DNA of 64,000 nt, from NCBI GenBank assembly GCA_051294375.1, contig CM119271.1, positions 7,554,162 to 7,618,161 of the forward strand, read 5' to 3'. The translations under genes were made by a program, and so were the position numbers. This stretch comes from Paraspadella gotoi. Taxonomy: Eukaryota > Animalia > Chaetognatha. Below are positions 1 through 12,574 of this stretch, piece by piece; positions within the stretch are counted from its first letter, which is position 1, and each line of letters begins with the position of its first letter. The notes under the pieces are model-generated. The model saw only the letters and a program-made list of their open reading frames with translations. It was not told the origin of the DNA and did not search any database.

Positions 1-3000
1 CAAAACTCACGATTTACCGTCATACCTGGAGGCGCTTTGCAAATCGCAGACGCGCGTTTTTCTGATTCAGGTTTCTACCAGTGTATTGCATCCAATATTG
101 CAGGCGTCGCATTAAGCAACAAAGCTTTTTTAAATGTTTTACTTGGCCAAGATGATTCAACTACCTCAAAAAATATTGAAACCAAGCCTTTAGTTATGAG
201 AGCCAGACCCTCGAATGTTTCCGCTCTTATTGGCACTGATGTAGTTTTGGAATGTTTGCCCGATGGATATCCATATCCTGAAGTGAGTTGGTTTTTTTCG
301 ACTGGACACCCGATAGACACAACAAATAACTCCCATTACACGATTTTTGGTCGGGGTAATCTCATGATTATTGGCGCAACCGAACAGGACAGGGGCTTAT
401 ATGTTTGTAAATCAACGATTCCAGGCTCACTATCTTCTATATTAACATCTGCGTTTGTTGAAATGCTAATTCCACCTAAGTTAATCGAAACACCCAAGAG
501 CTTTTCCTTACCAATTGCTCAAACTGCGAGATTTACTTGCCTCTCTGATTCTTCTACTTACCCAACTCCGATCACAAATTGGTATAGAAATGGAATGGCC
601 GTGAATTTCATTGGAAGAATAAAGAAAATGGATGGTGGAAAAACTTTATTAATATCCCAGCTTACCACTTCGGATGATGGAATATATCAGTGCATAATAG
701 AAAATAAAGTAGGGTCAGTTACAGCCGCCGCAAAGCTGACGGTAAATATATCAGGTAACGAGCCTGCATCTCCGACAAACCTCAAAGCACTTAGTCTGAA
801 AACCACTTCTGTAACACTTGAATGGGAAGCAGTTTTGACATCTATTTCTCGTCCTATTGTTGCCTATTCTGTTCATTACTTCCAAACCAAAGGAGGTCTC
901 GAGTTTCAAAAAATTGAAATGGAAAACAGGGCTTATATCACAGAGTTAAAACCATTCACCAACTATACATTTTATGTTGTCGCTTATAACAAAGAATCTG
1001 CATCGGAACACTCCAATTATTTAACACTTACCACAAAAACCTCTTTGCCATTAGCAGTGCCAGATTTTGTCGTAACTCCAACCTCTTCAACGAGCCTCAG
1101 GCTCGATTGGAATGAACTCCCAATCGAAAAAACAAGAGGTATAATTACTTCTTATAAGATTTTGTTGAGGTCAAAAGTTGATCCCGAAATTACCGTTCGA
1201 GAAATTGATGGAAAAGAACGGCGATTCACATTAACTGGACTAAAGCCTGGAACTTCATATGACGTGTAAGTTTCCCAATAAAAAAAAGTAAATATTCTGA
1301 AATAATTTTAAACAAAAATTCTTTATCCTAATTTTCTTTCAGACTATTGCTTGCTGGAACGACTGTCGGTTATCCTGTTTACAATGAAGAAATGTGGAAA
1401 ACTGTGTCAATGCCTGCTCAAAATTTAATTAACATATTGAAATCTCCGTCAATGAACGTTAATATCTTAAACGCAACCGCAGTCCTCATAAACTGGAACT
1501 CAAATGCCAAAAACGTCATGGGATACAAACTATTTTACAATAAAGAAACTGAGTCAGTGTACGGACCTATTATTCATATTAAAGATGTTACGTCGCATTT
1601 ATTATCCGATCTACAGCCAGGATCTGTTTACATTTTTAAGTTGGTTGCCTTTAATATAAATGGTGAGAGTGGCCCGGTTACACAATCTGTACATTTACCA
1701 TCGAAGTTCCAAACTACTACTGTTGACCTGGGAGATCAGCCAAAAATGATTGAAAACACAGAGAATAATACTAGAAGTTCTTATTTGCCACCTCCTCCAC
1801 ATAACATTCGAATTGCTGTAAGGTCACCAGATTCAGTCAGTATTTCTTGGCAGCCCCCTTTCCAGCATAAACATTCTTATAATACTGAAGTTGTCAGATA
1901 TACGATTAAATATAAACCCTTTATTACAAATCGCCCATCAGATCCTAACATTTCTTTGTACAAGTACAAACAAAGTGCAAGAACAAAGATTTTAGTGACG
2001 GATTTACTGCCATTTTATTCCTATGTATTTCATGTGAGATCTCACACGCGCCTCAGAGTTGGATCATATAGTAATGCAACGTATGTTCATATGCCAGAGG
2101 ATACTCCTTCAAGTCCCGTATCAGCAGTTTGGACTGCTATTGGACCCACCCGAGGAAGAGTTGAATGGCAACCTCCACTTCGTATTAATGGAGTCCTGTT
2201 AAAATATGTTGTTCGTTATAAAATGCTAGCTGATGTATCATCTTGGAATTCAAGAGAGAAAAAGAAAGGAAGCAGCTACAATTGGTTAGAAAAAAGCGAA
2301 CAACCAGGAAAGAAATGGTCAATCTTGAATAACCTAATTCCTAATTCGCGATACTTTATAAAAATTTATGCAGTTACAGGGGCAGGAAGATCTCAACCAT
2401 CTAAAGTCCTTACAATTACAACACCAGATTGCAAAACTTGTTACTTCAAGGATAAATCTAACCTTGTTATTGGTACTGATCATTCGTTAACTGCAAATAC
2501 ACCAGTAGAAGAGAAAGGCCCTTTTTTAGGTATTACTTTGGGGGTATCAGTGGGATTGAGCTGTATAATACTTTGTATTTTTGCTTTGGCGGTGAGAAAC
2601 AAATGTTTTCCTCACTTCCAACATCAAGCTTATCAAGATTCGAATTCATATGGTTTTAATGGAAACAAAGTAACGAACTCTCGATTTGATAACAGCAAGA
2701 ATTCAATTAAAAATTACTCGGCTAAAGAATGTCAATGTTGTGAACAAAATTTAAACGCGCAAACTGCTCCGATAAAGAAAGAATTAGGTGAAACGATTGA
2801 TCTAAAATTATTGGGTTCAAATAGATTTTCGTCCCAAGGGTGCAATCATACTGATAGTGAAGATATTCCAAATTTAAGGTCAGAGTCCAAACTTGTTAAT
2901 TTTCATAGCAGTTATCCACATTTGCACATCAAAGACAATAAAGTGAAGGCCACTACAAATTCCAAAATTTCAAAAAAATGTCATTTTTCTAAGAGCTCTT

Positions 3001-4291
3001 TAAAAAATAATTCTAACTATAATTCTCTTCCTTATGCTGACAATGAAGAATGCCCTAGCTATCGATGTATTAATACAAATACTTCATCACAAGGCAATTG
3101 TTCCAATTTAAAGCAAAAAAACGAGTTTTTAATTTGTAGAAAATGTGGACGAATGAAGGAAGATTTGACAGAAAAACAGTTTTTCAGTCCAGAAATCCAG
3201 TTTACTACCACTGAAGATGAGACAACATCTGATGTTACAACCTCACTACCTTCCACTACCTCAATTACGAATGGTAATGTCCTGCCGATGAAATCTTTGT
3301 CTCCATCTAGCAAATTTAAGGCGGTCACTTCCGAACAAACAGCGTTTCTCTCCAATTTGTGTGAAAACATAATTTCTTCCACTGCAAAAACTCAAAAAGA
3401 TCATGTGTGGGCAACTGCAGGTCTTGAAAACTCAGGTTCTTTAAAATTGGAAGAAAACGAATTCATTTGGAAAAAGAATGAAAGAATTGAAAACATTTAT
3501 CTACCTCCAACAATTCCTTCCAACATATGCGCTTCGCTTTATTGTAATGTAAGTATTTTGTTGATGAGAAATTGATTTGGTCCTTAAATAAAACAGTATG
3601 GTGTACAAAAATTCACCAACCGTTCATCAGCGGCCATTGGTTCCGGAGGCAAGTCATTCGCCTCCCAACCCAAAGGTCCGGGCTTTTAGCCCGGTGGTCG
3701 CCGAGAAGTTAAAAGGGACGGGGCGCTTAACCCGCCTGTAACACGGTGTTACAGCCTGATCCGAAGCTTAAGGACTGCTTATATTGAACGGTTCTGTCAC
3801 AAACGCTTAATAATAATTACTGTCTCTTCAAAAAATAATTTTTCCCTGATTTTGAGTAGTCTTAATATGGCGCATTCTAAGTATTAACAAAACTTCAAAT
3901 GGTTATATTTATATTATGTAATTGGTACAACCAATATAAAAATTATATAATTTTACTTATTCCAGGTTATTTTTTTAGACTACTCATTTTTAGCCATTTT
4001 TATTATTAATTAATAACTAAGTTGGTTCCTAATTATTAATTATATAAAATTAATTACTGATAAACTTTTCAGCAACTAATGCAGCATCAAAATAAAGCAA
4101 ACATTTATATTCAGGCAAACCCTTTGAACTTGTGTAATGAACCAAAATTTGTCGGTGTTCCAAACCACGCTGACGTATGTATATCAGAAAACAAATTTCA
4201 TGGAATGATTGAAACCAAGCCAGTAAAACTAAACATCCAATCGCCATTGCTCGAAACTTCTCGTAAGCTTCCAAATACAGTATCACTTTGA
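1..4291 (+). CDS. Protogenin-like (IGDCC/DCC family) Ig + 5xFN3 single-pass receptor, 5' partial; exons <1-1265, 1343-3548, 4073-4291
   Basis: Ig I-set motifs (DSGFYQC, DRGLYVC, DDGIYQC), five FN3 repeats and a TM segment FLGITLGVSVGLSCIILCIFALAV. GT-AG introns 1266-1342 and 3549-4072 join the ORFs in frame (SYDV|LLLAG; LYCN|QLMQHQ). Confidence 0.75.
3630..3817 (+). mobile_element. tRNA-Gly(CCC)-derived SINE-like element in receptor intron 2
   Basis: Acceptor stem GCGGCCA/TGGTCGC (3630-3701), Gly-like anticodon loop TCGCCTCCCA and T-arm CCGGG-CTTTTAG-CCCGG with a degenerate B box. These are followed by a GC-rich body with the palindrome CTGTAACAC-G-GTGTTACAG and a short (TAA)n tail. Confidence 0.6.
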
Positions 4292-6503
4292 ATAAGTAAG
4301 TAAATTTCTACTTTATTTACTTTGTACTTTGCTCGATGTACCGCAGACAAGGCCAATGCACATTAAGCTCTGGTCAATTGGTTATAGTGGTTTTAAGGCT
4401 ATTTTCATTTTCATAATTTTTTTTTCTTAGGATGGAAACTTTCATCAAAAATTGAAAATGTTATTATTCTTGAGGAAGCTCTCTATTATCTACTCACCCA
4501 TGGTATAAAGTATGACTTAATTTCACTGATGTTTAAAATGCTGTTTGTAGTTACCGATTCTCAGGGCCATTAAATCCAGTGTCATGCTTAAAATCTAGTT
4601 TTAAGCGTTCAGCATAGTAGATGCTGAGGTTTTACCTGTATATAAGGAAGTGAACCTCATAAAAAATGTTCGATTATTACGGTATGGTTTGTTATTAATT
4701 TTCTGTGATACATGAGCACCTTTTTTGTTTTGAAATGGAATAGTATTGAAACTGTCACAGTACGGTCCGCAAATAATCTGTGGGTTTTCCATGAGTTAAA
4801 AGTCACATCTTTGTTCAACTACAAAAACAATGAAAAAATATACCTTTTTGCTTACAATTCCTGAGAATGAAATGTACCAGAATTTTGTTTGTAGTGGTTT
4901 GTTAGAACAAAACCTAGTAACATAACCGCTCTTGTCTTACTTTTTAAAACCACTCAAATTATTTGGAAGATCGTTTTGAAGTTTGACCATATAACTGTTT
5001 GTTTTTTTAAATATTATAAACCAAAGCATTAATATTTACGTTTCATCGATAATACCTAATTATTACTTGAAGTTGAAATAAAATAATTTCAAAAATTTAA
5101 CAATAAAAATTTTTGAAAAAATAAAACATAATAAATTAAACGATTTACCTTATTTTTTTTAGACTATTTCTAGACTAAAAATATTTGTTCTCTTTTACAA
5201 AAAAATTAAAATAATTTATTATTCAGTGTATTTTCTGATCCTAAAAGTTTAGGGGGAAAGGACTTTGTTTTTTCACAGCAAATGTTTTTATTCTCACAAT
5301 ATTTATCGTTTCTTATATTTTACCTAATTCAAAACTGTTAAACATTTTCGCTTAAATTTAATGCAGAAAAAAATTTAGGTTACGTTTATAGATGATATAC
5401 TATGGATTGGCTTTTTTTGGGAAATAGATATAAAAATATTTTTCCCTTTGTCTAAATGAAAATACATTTTTATAGTATTTGTTCATACTTATTGTTAATT
5501 TGAAGCAAGTTGTAATTAATATTCCTTAGTGCTATTTTATGTCGTGCTTGAAATATTTTCCTTTACAAGCAGATATTTTTCTACCTGTCCATATTAATGT
5601 TGAAAAATTGTGCTCATTCTTTAAAAAATCATTATTTTACTACTTTTAGTTATTGCCTCTATCTAAATGAATAATTAATCACGAGAACTCCATTCATTAT
5701 TAGATTATAAAACATACGAGGCAAGACAATTGCCATGCATTTCTTTGTGCCCTAGATTATATTTGTGGGGCGTATACGCAACTAGTCGTGCCCCGTCGAA
5801 AACATGAAAAGTGTGATTTTATTTTATTTATCCGTTTTGTAATTATCCTTATTTTTTGTAAGATGTATTTTTTATTTTGGCTAAAGAAATAATAAGCGCT
5901 TAATAGTGCTTATTAATATTATCATCACCGGTGTTCCTTCAATGGAACTAAAGCCCGTAGAGGCAAAGATGTAGTCGCGTTTATATGACATACAACTGGA
6001 TAAGTTAACTATCTAACATTTTAAATTTGTACTAGAAACAAAGTTTGATGTTAAAACTAAGCGGAACAAAACTTTGAAAAATAAAAAAAGGAATTTTAAA
6101 TCTCTAATAATTGTCTTCTGTTTCGTTATCAGAAACGCTGCATTTTTGTTATTTAAATTTAAAGTTGTGACATCTGACGGACACAATTTATTCTCATTAA
6201 ATATTAAAACAGAAGACTTTCGCTTGAAGAAAACGAAAACACTGTTTTGGAAAAAAATATTTAATAATTAATGTAATCATTTGGTTTTACCTTGAAGCGT
6301 TATTTTTTTTTACGTTTTAAGTGCTGCTGGACAGTCCCTGTAATTTAAGCTTTTGGAAACTATAACCACGCGCTGCGTCCGTTGAATTGCTAAATATAAC
6401 TTTTAACATGTTGTCCTCTGCCGGAATATATGTAATTTTTCCTTTTCGAAAGTAAAAAAATTTCGTCTCTATGGTTTCATTTCTATTGTAGGAGATTAAA
6501 AAA

Positions 6504-9295
6504 ATGTTCGTTCTTTTCGAAACTCCGGCGGGTTACGCCATTTTTAAGCTGCTCAAAGAGAAGAAGCTCCAGTCCATCGACAATCTCTTCCGAGAGTTCG
6601 AGAGCGCCGACAAAGCGTCGCAGTTGCTCAAGCTCAAATCCTTTGAAAAGTTCTCGGATACGACGGACGCGTTGGCCGCGGCCACCGCTGCCGTCGAGGG
6701 AAAAATGAGCAAAAACCTTAAAAAACTGTTGAAAAAAGTCTTCGCCTCTGAGGCGCACGAGAAACTGGCCGTGGCCGACGCCAAATTGGGGAACGCCATC
6801 AAGGAGAAGCTCGAGATCGACTGCGTGGCCAACTCCACGATTCAAGAGCTTATGAGATGCATTCGCGAGCAATCCGACAGGTACGTCGTCGTTGAAGATG
6901 TTTTGCCTTCTTAATCTTTCGCTTTTATTCTCACTTCTCAGTCTGTTGGAGGGACTTGACAAGAAGGAAGCGACGGCTTGCACCCTCGGCTTGGCGCACA
7001 GCCTCTCGCGGTACAAATTAAAATTTTCCCCGGACAAAGTGGACACTATGATCATCCAAGCCATCTCCCTGCTCGACGACCTCGACAAGGAACTCAACAA
7101 CTACGTGATGCGGCTCCGAGAGTGGTTCGGATGGCATTTTCCTGAAATGGGCAAGATCGTGACGGACAACATCGCCTTCGCAAAAGTAAAACACTCCTCG
7201 GACTGCTTGTCTCTTTCTTTGCTTGTAATGCGGAGTTTTTTTTGTTTTTTTTTGTCGCAATCGCTTGCTCTTATTTCATTCATTCAATTTATTTTATTTA
7301 TTTTATTTAATTTAGTTCATTCAATTTTTTTTTTAAATTCATTGCATTATTATTTATATTTATATATTTTTTTATTTTTATATATTAAGCTAAATTTGTT
7401 ATGTATAAAACTTAGTTTTCTCGTATCAAATATGATTTTTTGTTTGAGTATCGAAGTTTGTCATTGACAGGGGTCCAGAACTTTTTTTGCGATTGCGACG
7501 ATCCTTATAAGATTTTTATTACTCCCACCAAGGTTGTTCGCAAAATGGGCTTTCGGACTAACGCGGTCAAAGAGGATTTTTCGGACATTCTTCCCGAGGA
7601 AGTAGAGGCCGACCTGAAACGAGCCGCGGAAATCTCCATGGGAACGGAAATCGCCGATTTGGATCTCGTTAACATCAAATACCTTTGCGAGGAAATCGTG
7701 GAAATGTCGGATTACCGGTGCGACGATATAATTAATATCTTAAATAAAACATCGCCCAAAATTTTTTCTCCAATGACTACCGCTTGTTTGTTACGCCCCC
7801 CAAAAAAGGCTCAATTAGTTAATTTGGTCAAAGTAACAAGGGTTCACAAACTGGGTTCTAAACTACGTATAAAAAATTTATATCGCCACGACGTTCACAG
7901 TACGTATTTTATCCTTCAGGGGTCAATTGTACGACTACATCCAGAACCGAATGATGGCCATCGCGCCGAATCTTACGATCCTCGTTGGTGAACTCGTGGG
8001 CGCTCGCCTCATCTCTCACGCGGGATCGCTCATGAATCTCGCCAAACATCCCGCTTCCACGGTTCAGATTCTGGGCGCCGAGAAGGCGTTGTTCAGGTCG
8101 ACTCCCTTCTTCACTGAAGAATCTTCAGTGGAAAACGAAGTTCAGACTTTAATAAAAAAAAATTTAACCACGCAGGGCTCTCAAGACTCGCAAGGACACC
8201 CCCAAGTACGGGCTGATCTACCACGCCTCCCTCATCGGTCAAACCGGCGCAAAAAACAAAGGAAAAATGTCGAGGATGCTCGCGGCGAAATCTGCATTGG
8301 CGACCAGGGTCGACGCGCTGGGCGAAGAAACGAACACCACTCTCGGTGTGGAACACAGGTTAATGTCCGACCCAAGTGAAATTTGCGTTAAATATTTTTG
8401 ATTCGCAATATGCACGTAATATCTAAATATTCTTACCCTGTTTTCCAGAGCCAAACTAGAGAAGACTCTGCGATACCTGGAGGAGGGCGGAATGAAGAAA
8501 ATCAGCGGGACGGCGAAGGCGCAGGCCAAATTCGAAAAATACGAACACAAGAGCGAAGTGAGGACCTATCAGCCGGCCAGCGATTCCACCATTCCTGTCG
8601 TAAAAGCGGAATCCTCCGCGGAAGAGACGGCGAAAAAGAAGAAAAAAAGAAAGGTCGAGTGTCTTGTCCCAGTTCGATGCACCATTACTTAACGTTGAGA
8701 ACCAATTGTTCGAATTGATTCACTTCATCAGATCGAGGAGGTCGAGGAAAGCGAAAGTCCGAAAGAGAAACGGGTCAAACCCGACGAATCCGGTCTCGCC
8801 GACAGCGAGGGGCAAGAGGTCGAAGTCAAAAAGGAAAAGAAGAAAAAGAAGAAAAAGGTGGTTATATACAATATTATACAATACGTTGTATAGTTGAAAT
8901 GTTTCATTCTTACTATTTTTCGATATTTTGTAGCTGAAAGAAGAGGGCGACCAATCGACAGCGGGTCCGGAAGTTAAGACGGATGACGAAGACGCCCCTC
9001 CGACGGAGAAAAAGAAAAAGAAGAAGAAAAAGGTTTGTTCTATTTTCTGAAGAAAAAGTTTTTTTTCGATTTCATCCTGCATTTATTATGTCGCGGAATG
9101 ATTCTAATAAGGACGTATTCTCCTTCAGATGGTGGATTGAACTAATCGCTAAATACTTACTCTTTTCAGAGCGAAGCGGAGGCTGACGACAGTTTCGCAG
9201 CGGACTTGTCCTCGGCGGCCGATGCGAGTCAAGTGGAATCGGAAAAGAGCGAAAAGAAGAAGAAGAAAAAGAAGAAGGCGAAGGATGACGAGTGA
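6504..9295 (+). CDS. NOP58: Nucleolar protein 58 (box C/D snoRNP core), 9 exons
   Basis: [18 protein letters not shown]-terminus, [67 protein letters not shown] and a Lys/Glu-rich tail. Introns 6881-6941, 7186-7532, 7718-7919, 8097-8175, 8359-8448, 8654-8731, 8858-8933, 9033-9168 keep the frame. Confidence 0.95.
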
Positions 9296-9833
9296 AGCGC
9301 TAAAAAGGACTTTGAGAGATTCCCGCCTTCGATCCTCCTAGGAACGAAAACGGCGGGAACGCTCAGTTTTGTGTCCAATTGTTATCCTCTGTGGATAACG
9401 CGTTAATCATTTACGTTTCGTTTGATTAGCCTTTCCGTTACTGTTTTGTTCGTTCGTTCAATCAATCAATCGCTGTCAAGCAAGTCATTTCCCTTACCCC
9501 CCCCCTAAACATTCGTTGCGATTTTCTACACTACAATATTGTTGAATTTAATAGGTTATTTCGTGTTTAAAAACTTGATTTTTCGAAAAATATAATCAAA
9601 ACAAATCAAATTGAATAACTCATGGATACCCGACGTCGCGACGCGCGTCTGACTTCGAGCTTTTAATTTTCTCGTCGGATACTCGAAAACGACGATGATA
9701 GAAAGGACTAAACTCTAAGGCGAGCGCGCCGTAGGTTCGCGGCGGCGGCGGCTGCGCGCTTTTTTCCAGGTTATCATCTCCAGTCCCTCATCGCTCCTCG
9801 CCTCTTTCCTATTCTCTTTCTTATCCCCGTTCG

Positions 9834-11702
9834 ATGGACCGTGAACGTCCCTTCGAAGCGGCGCTGATGGAGGCCAAGTTTTTCATGGACGTCGACAAAC
9901 TCGCCAGCGGTGCTGTCGACGATGCAGAGTCCAAGCACGGCGGCGACGCCGTCTCTGGCGAATGCGACAGCGACGACGAGGATGAAGAGACAGAAACTAG
10001 CGTTCGGGACGAGGATGTCGACGGCGAGGATGGTATCCGTGAAAACTGCGAATCTGGCTTGGGTTCGACGCTCGAGACCGGCGGACTCCGCGCGAAAGGC
10101 GACCCGAAATTTCGGGCCGACGCGGGGTCGAGCGGTAGTCGAGGCGAATCCGGCCTTGTGTCTCGGACTCGTGACGAGACCGCCGTTTCACCTTTCATCT
10201 TCACGGGATTAGACGAAGTGGTGGTTGGGAATAAAGCGCCAGCGTCGGTTAAAAGCGACGGGTCGGAGAGCGAGGGATGGGAGTCGTGCGCGTTGGCGAA
10301 ACGGAAGAGGAAAAAGAAAAGGAAAAATGCGAAGAAGAAAGGAGTGGAGGCGAACGCTGAGAACGCGACATCGAATTTTTTGCTCGAAGACGAGCCTCTC
10401 GTCGATTCGACGGCGAAGCGGACCGAAGCGGGAGTGTCCTCACAACGGTCATCGGATGCTTGGAAAAAGGAAACCGTCGTTGAAATCTCCGCGCCTTTAA
10501 AATCCAAGATAGACTCGGACGGGAAACCTACAAAGAAGCGGACCAAGCGGTCGCAGTCCGAGTCGGAAAGCCTGTCAGAATCCTGCGAACCCTCCAAAAA
10601 TTCTCAGGACACGCCCTCGTCCGTAGAGAGCGGCTCCGGGATTAAAAGCATTTTGAAAAACCGGACTCGCAGCGTCTCCGGTGAATCTTTCTCCAGCGAC
10701 GTTTTCGACTCGTCGCTGGGTGAGCGGCGTTTCGGCGACTTGAGCGGGTCGTTGACATCGGTGACCCAGAGTCTCGAGTCCCTTTCCCTCGACTCGATTC
10801 CGGCGGCCTCGAGTTTTGCCGAGGGTCTCGACGTTTCTCTCTGTGGCCTCTGGAGCGCAGGTTCACGCAAATCGGTTCATTTCAGTTCGTTCGTGGACAG
10901 GAAAAGATTTAGGAGCGGAGCTCCGCCACAGAACGTCGGGAAGGGTCGCCGTAACTCTGGCTGTAAATCCGGGAAACAAAAGGTGAAGAACGAGTTGGGA
11001 AAGAAGCGACATCTGAGCGAGAGCGACGCAGCGCTCGTAGGATTCGGGCGGAAATTCGACGCTAAGGATATCGAGGAATCGGGAGCGTCGACGTCGGCTT
11101 CCAACGGGGCGTCGTCGGCGGAACTGGGCTCGGCTTCATCCGAGGAAGTTTTCGAGATGGAAGACGTTCACGACAATAACGACCTCGCGGAGAGCGCTTG
11201 CGTCGAGGAGATTAACTCCCGATCCCTGCTCACGGTCTTGGAAGAGGAAGAGGCGCGACCGACTCCACCGAAAAACGGTCAAGGGGATTCGCAAAAACCG
11301 AAGCAGAAGAAGAAAAAATCCAAGAGCAAGAGAGGCAAGAGAAACGATTTGTACGAGAGGATCGCCGGAAACGGAGGAGGCGAAGACGACGACGACACCG
11401 ACGTTTGCTCGGAGGGATGGTCGATGGTCACAAATCCTAAGCTTGGAAAGAAAAAGAAGAATGTTTTGAAGACGCTCAGCGATCTCACGTTGAGCGACGC
11501 CGACGAGGGCGACGTGGTGACGCCCTCGCCCGAGTCGTCGCTCAACGGCGCCTCCAGTATTAACAACAACCATGGCAACATCCACAACAACAACCTGGTC
11601 GACGAAAGCGGTTTCACTCTGCCCACTCGGGAGAGTGGTGCCGTCCGTGGAGATCCTTCATATCATCCCAGCGAAGGATCTCAAAAAATAAATGTGCCAT
11701 AA
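9834..11702 (+). CDS. Intronless 622-aa low-complexity protein with SILK and RVxF PP1-docking motifs, resembling the invertebrate kintoun C-terminal tail
   Basis: Long GC-rich ORF flanked by AT-rich DNA. Contains GIKSILKNRTRSVS, RKSVHFSSFVDRKRFRS, KRHLSESD and basic NLS-like clusters. Confidence 0.75.
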   Translation: MDRERPFEAALMEAKFFMDVDKLASGAVDDAESKHGGDAVSGECDSDDEDEETETSVRDEDVDGEDGIRENCESGLGSTLETGGLRAKGDPKFRADAGSSGSRGESGLVSRTRDETAVSPFIFTGLDEVVVGNKAPASVKSDGSESEGWESCALAKRKRKKKRKNAKKKGVEANAENATSNFLLEDEPLVDSTAKRTEAGVSSQRSSDAWKKETVVEISAPLKSKIDSDGKPTKKRTKRSQSESESLSESCEPSKNSQDTPSSVESGSGIKSILKNRTRSVSGESFSSDVFDSSLGERRFGDLSGSLTSVTQSLESLSLDSIPAASSFAEGLDVSLCGLWSAGSRKSVHFSSFVDRKRFRSGAPPQNVGKGRRNSGCKSGKQKVKNELGKKRHLSESDAALVGFGRKFDAKDIEESGASTSASNGASSAELGSASSEEVFEMEDVHDNNDLAESACVEEINSRSLLTVLEEEEARPTPPKNGQGDSQKPKQKKKKSKSKRGKRNDLYERIAGNGGGEDDDDTDVCSEGWSMVTNPKLGKKKKNVLKTLSDLTLSDADEGDVVTPSPESSLNGASSINNNHGNIHNNNLVDESGFTLPTRESGAVRGDPSYHPSEGSQKINVP

Positions 11703-12574
11703 GTTTTGAAGAGTTTCTACATTTTTCTGATAGCTGTTAACTTAATCCTGCGGTGGCCAAAAACTTGTAGTTAGTATTTGCTCAAGAGTAATAGTGTCTG
11801 TTTCAGCATAATGTTCGTTTAGAAGTTGATTAATTAAATGTTGACGTGTTTCGAATGAACTTCCCAGCTTAGGCATTCCTGTTCTGGGAAGAAGCTATTC
11901 TCGCTATTTTATATTCTATAAATAAGCTAAATTCACACCTGTCGAGCCAGTCGTTCAAAATGTACCACTGATTTTCAAGTTGATCATGTTTGTTTTTTTG
12001 ATTATACTACGATGGGAAATGAAATATTTATACAAAATAAAAATTTTATAAAGAAAACTTTTATACTATTTTTATGGTTTTTTTCGGTTAAAATTTCGTG
12101 CAGAACAGATTACAACTAGTTCGTTGCAATTGTATCATTCCAACCTTTTTTATTTTGGTGGTTAAAAAATCAAGCTACATACCGCTTAAGACACCCTTTA
12201 CCCCCCCGTCGTTCTGATTGTGATAATATTTTCATTGTGATTCTTTTTTCGTGCCAGTCGCTTTTTTGTACATAAACTCGGTAGACCCCATTGGCTCTTC
12301 TGACACGAAATGCGAATGCATTCTTGGTACGTGAAGGACTTTTAACAAAACTTGTGATGGTTAGGCCTCGCCCAAAACGCCCCGATCGTTCGTTACGCGG
12401 TCGACCTTTGTGTTTGTCACACTAAGAGACGTGAACCAATCGGACAATGCTTCTCTCTTGACCCACCGAGAAATATTTAAGTCGTTTTGTCGTGCCTGCT
12501 AGTCACTTAACTGTTTTCTTTGTCGAGACGGACTCGGAAGGGTGATACGATCTCGTCGAAATTCGGCAATAAAA

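Noticed and set aside
3630-3702. Functional tRNA-Gly gene
   Set aside because: The T-loop lacks TTCRA, the anticodon and D stems pair poorly, and a SINE-like body follows.
7186-9168. Intronic box C/D snoRNAs expected in NOP58 (and RPS15A)
   Set aside because: I found no RTGATGA...CTGA pair with a terminal stem in these introns.
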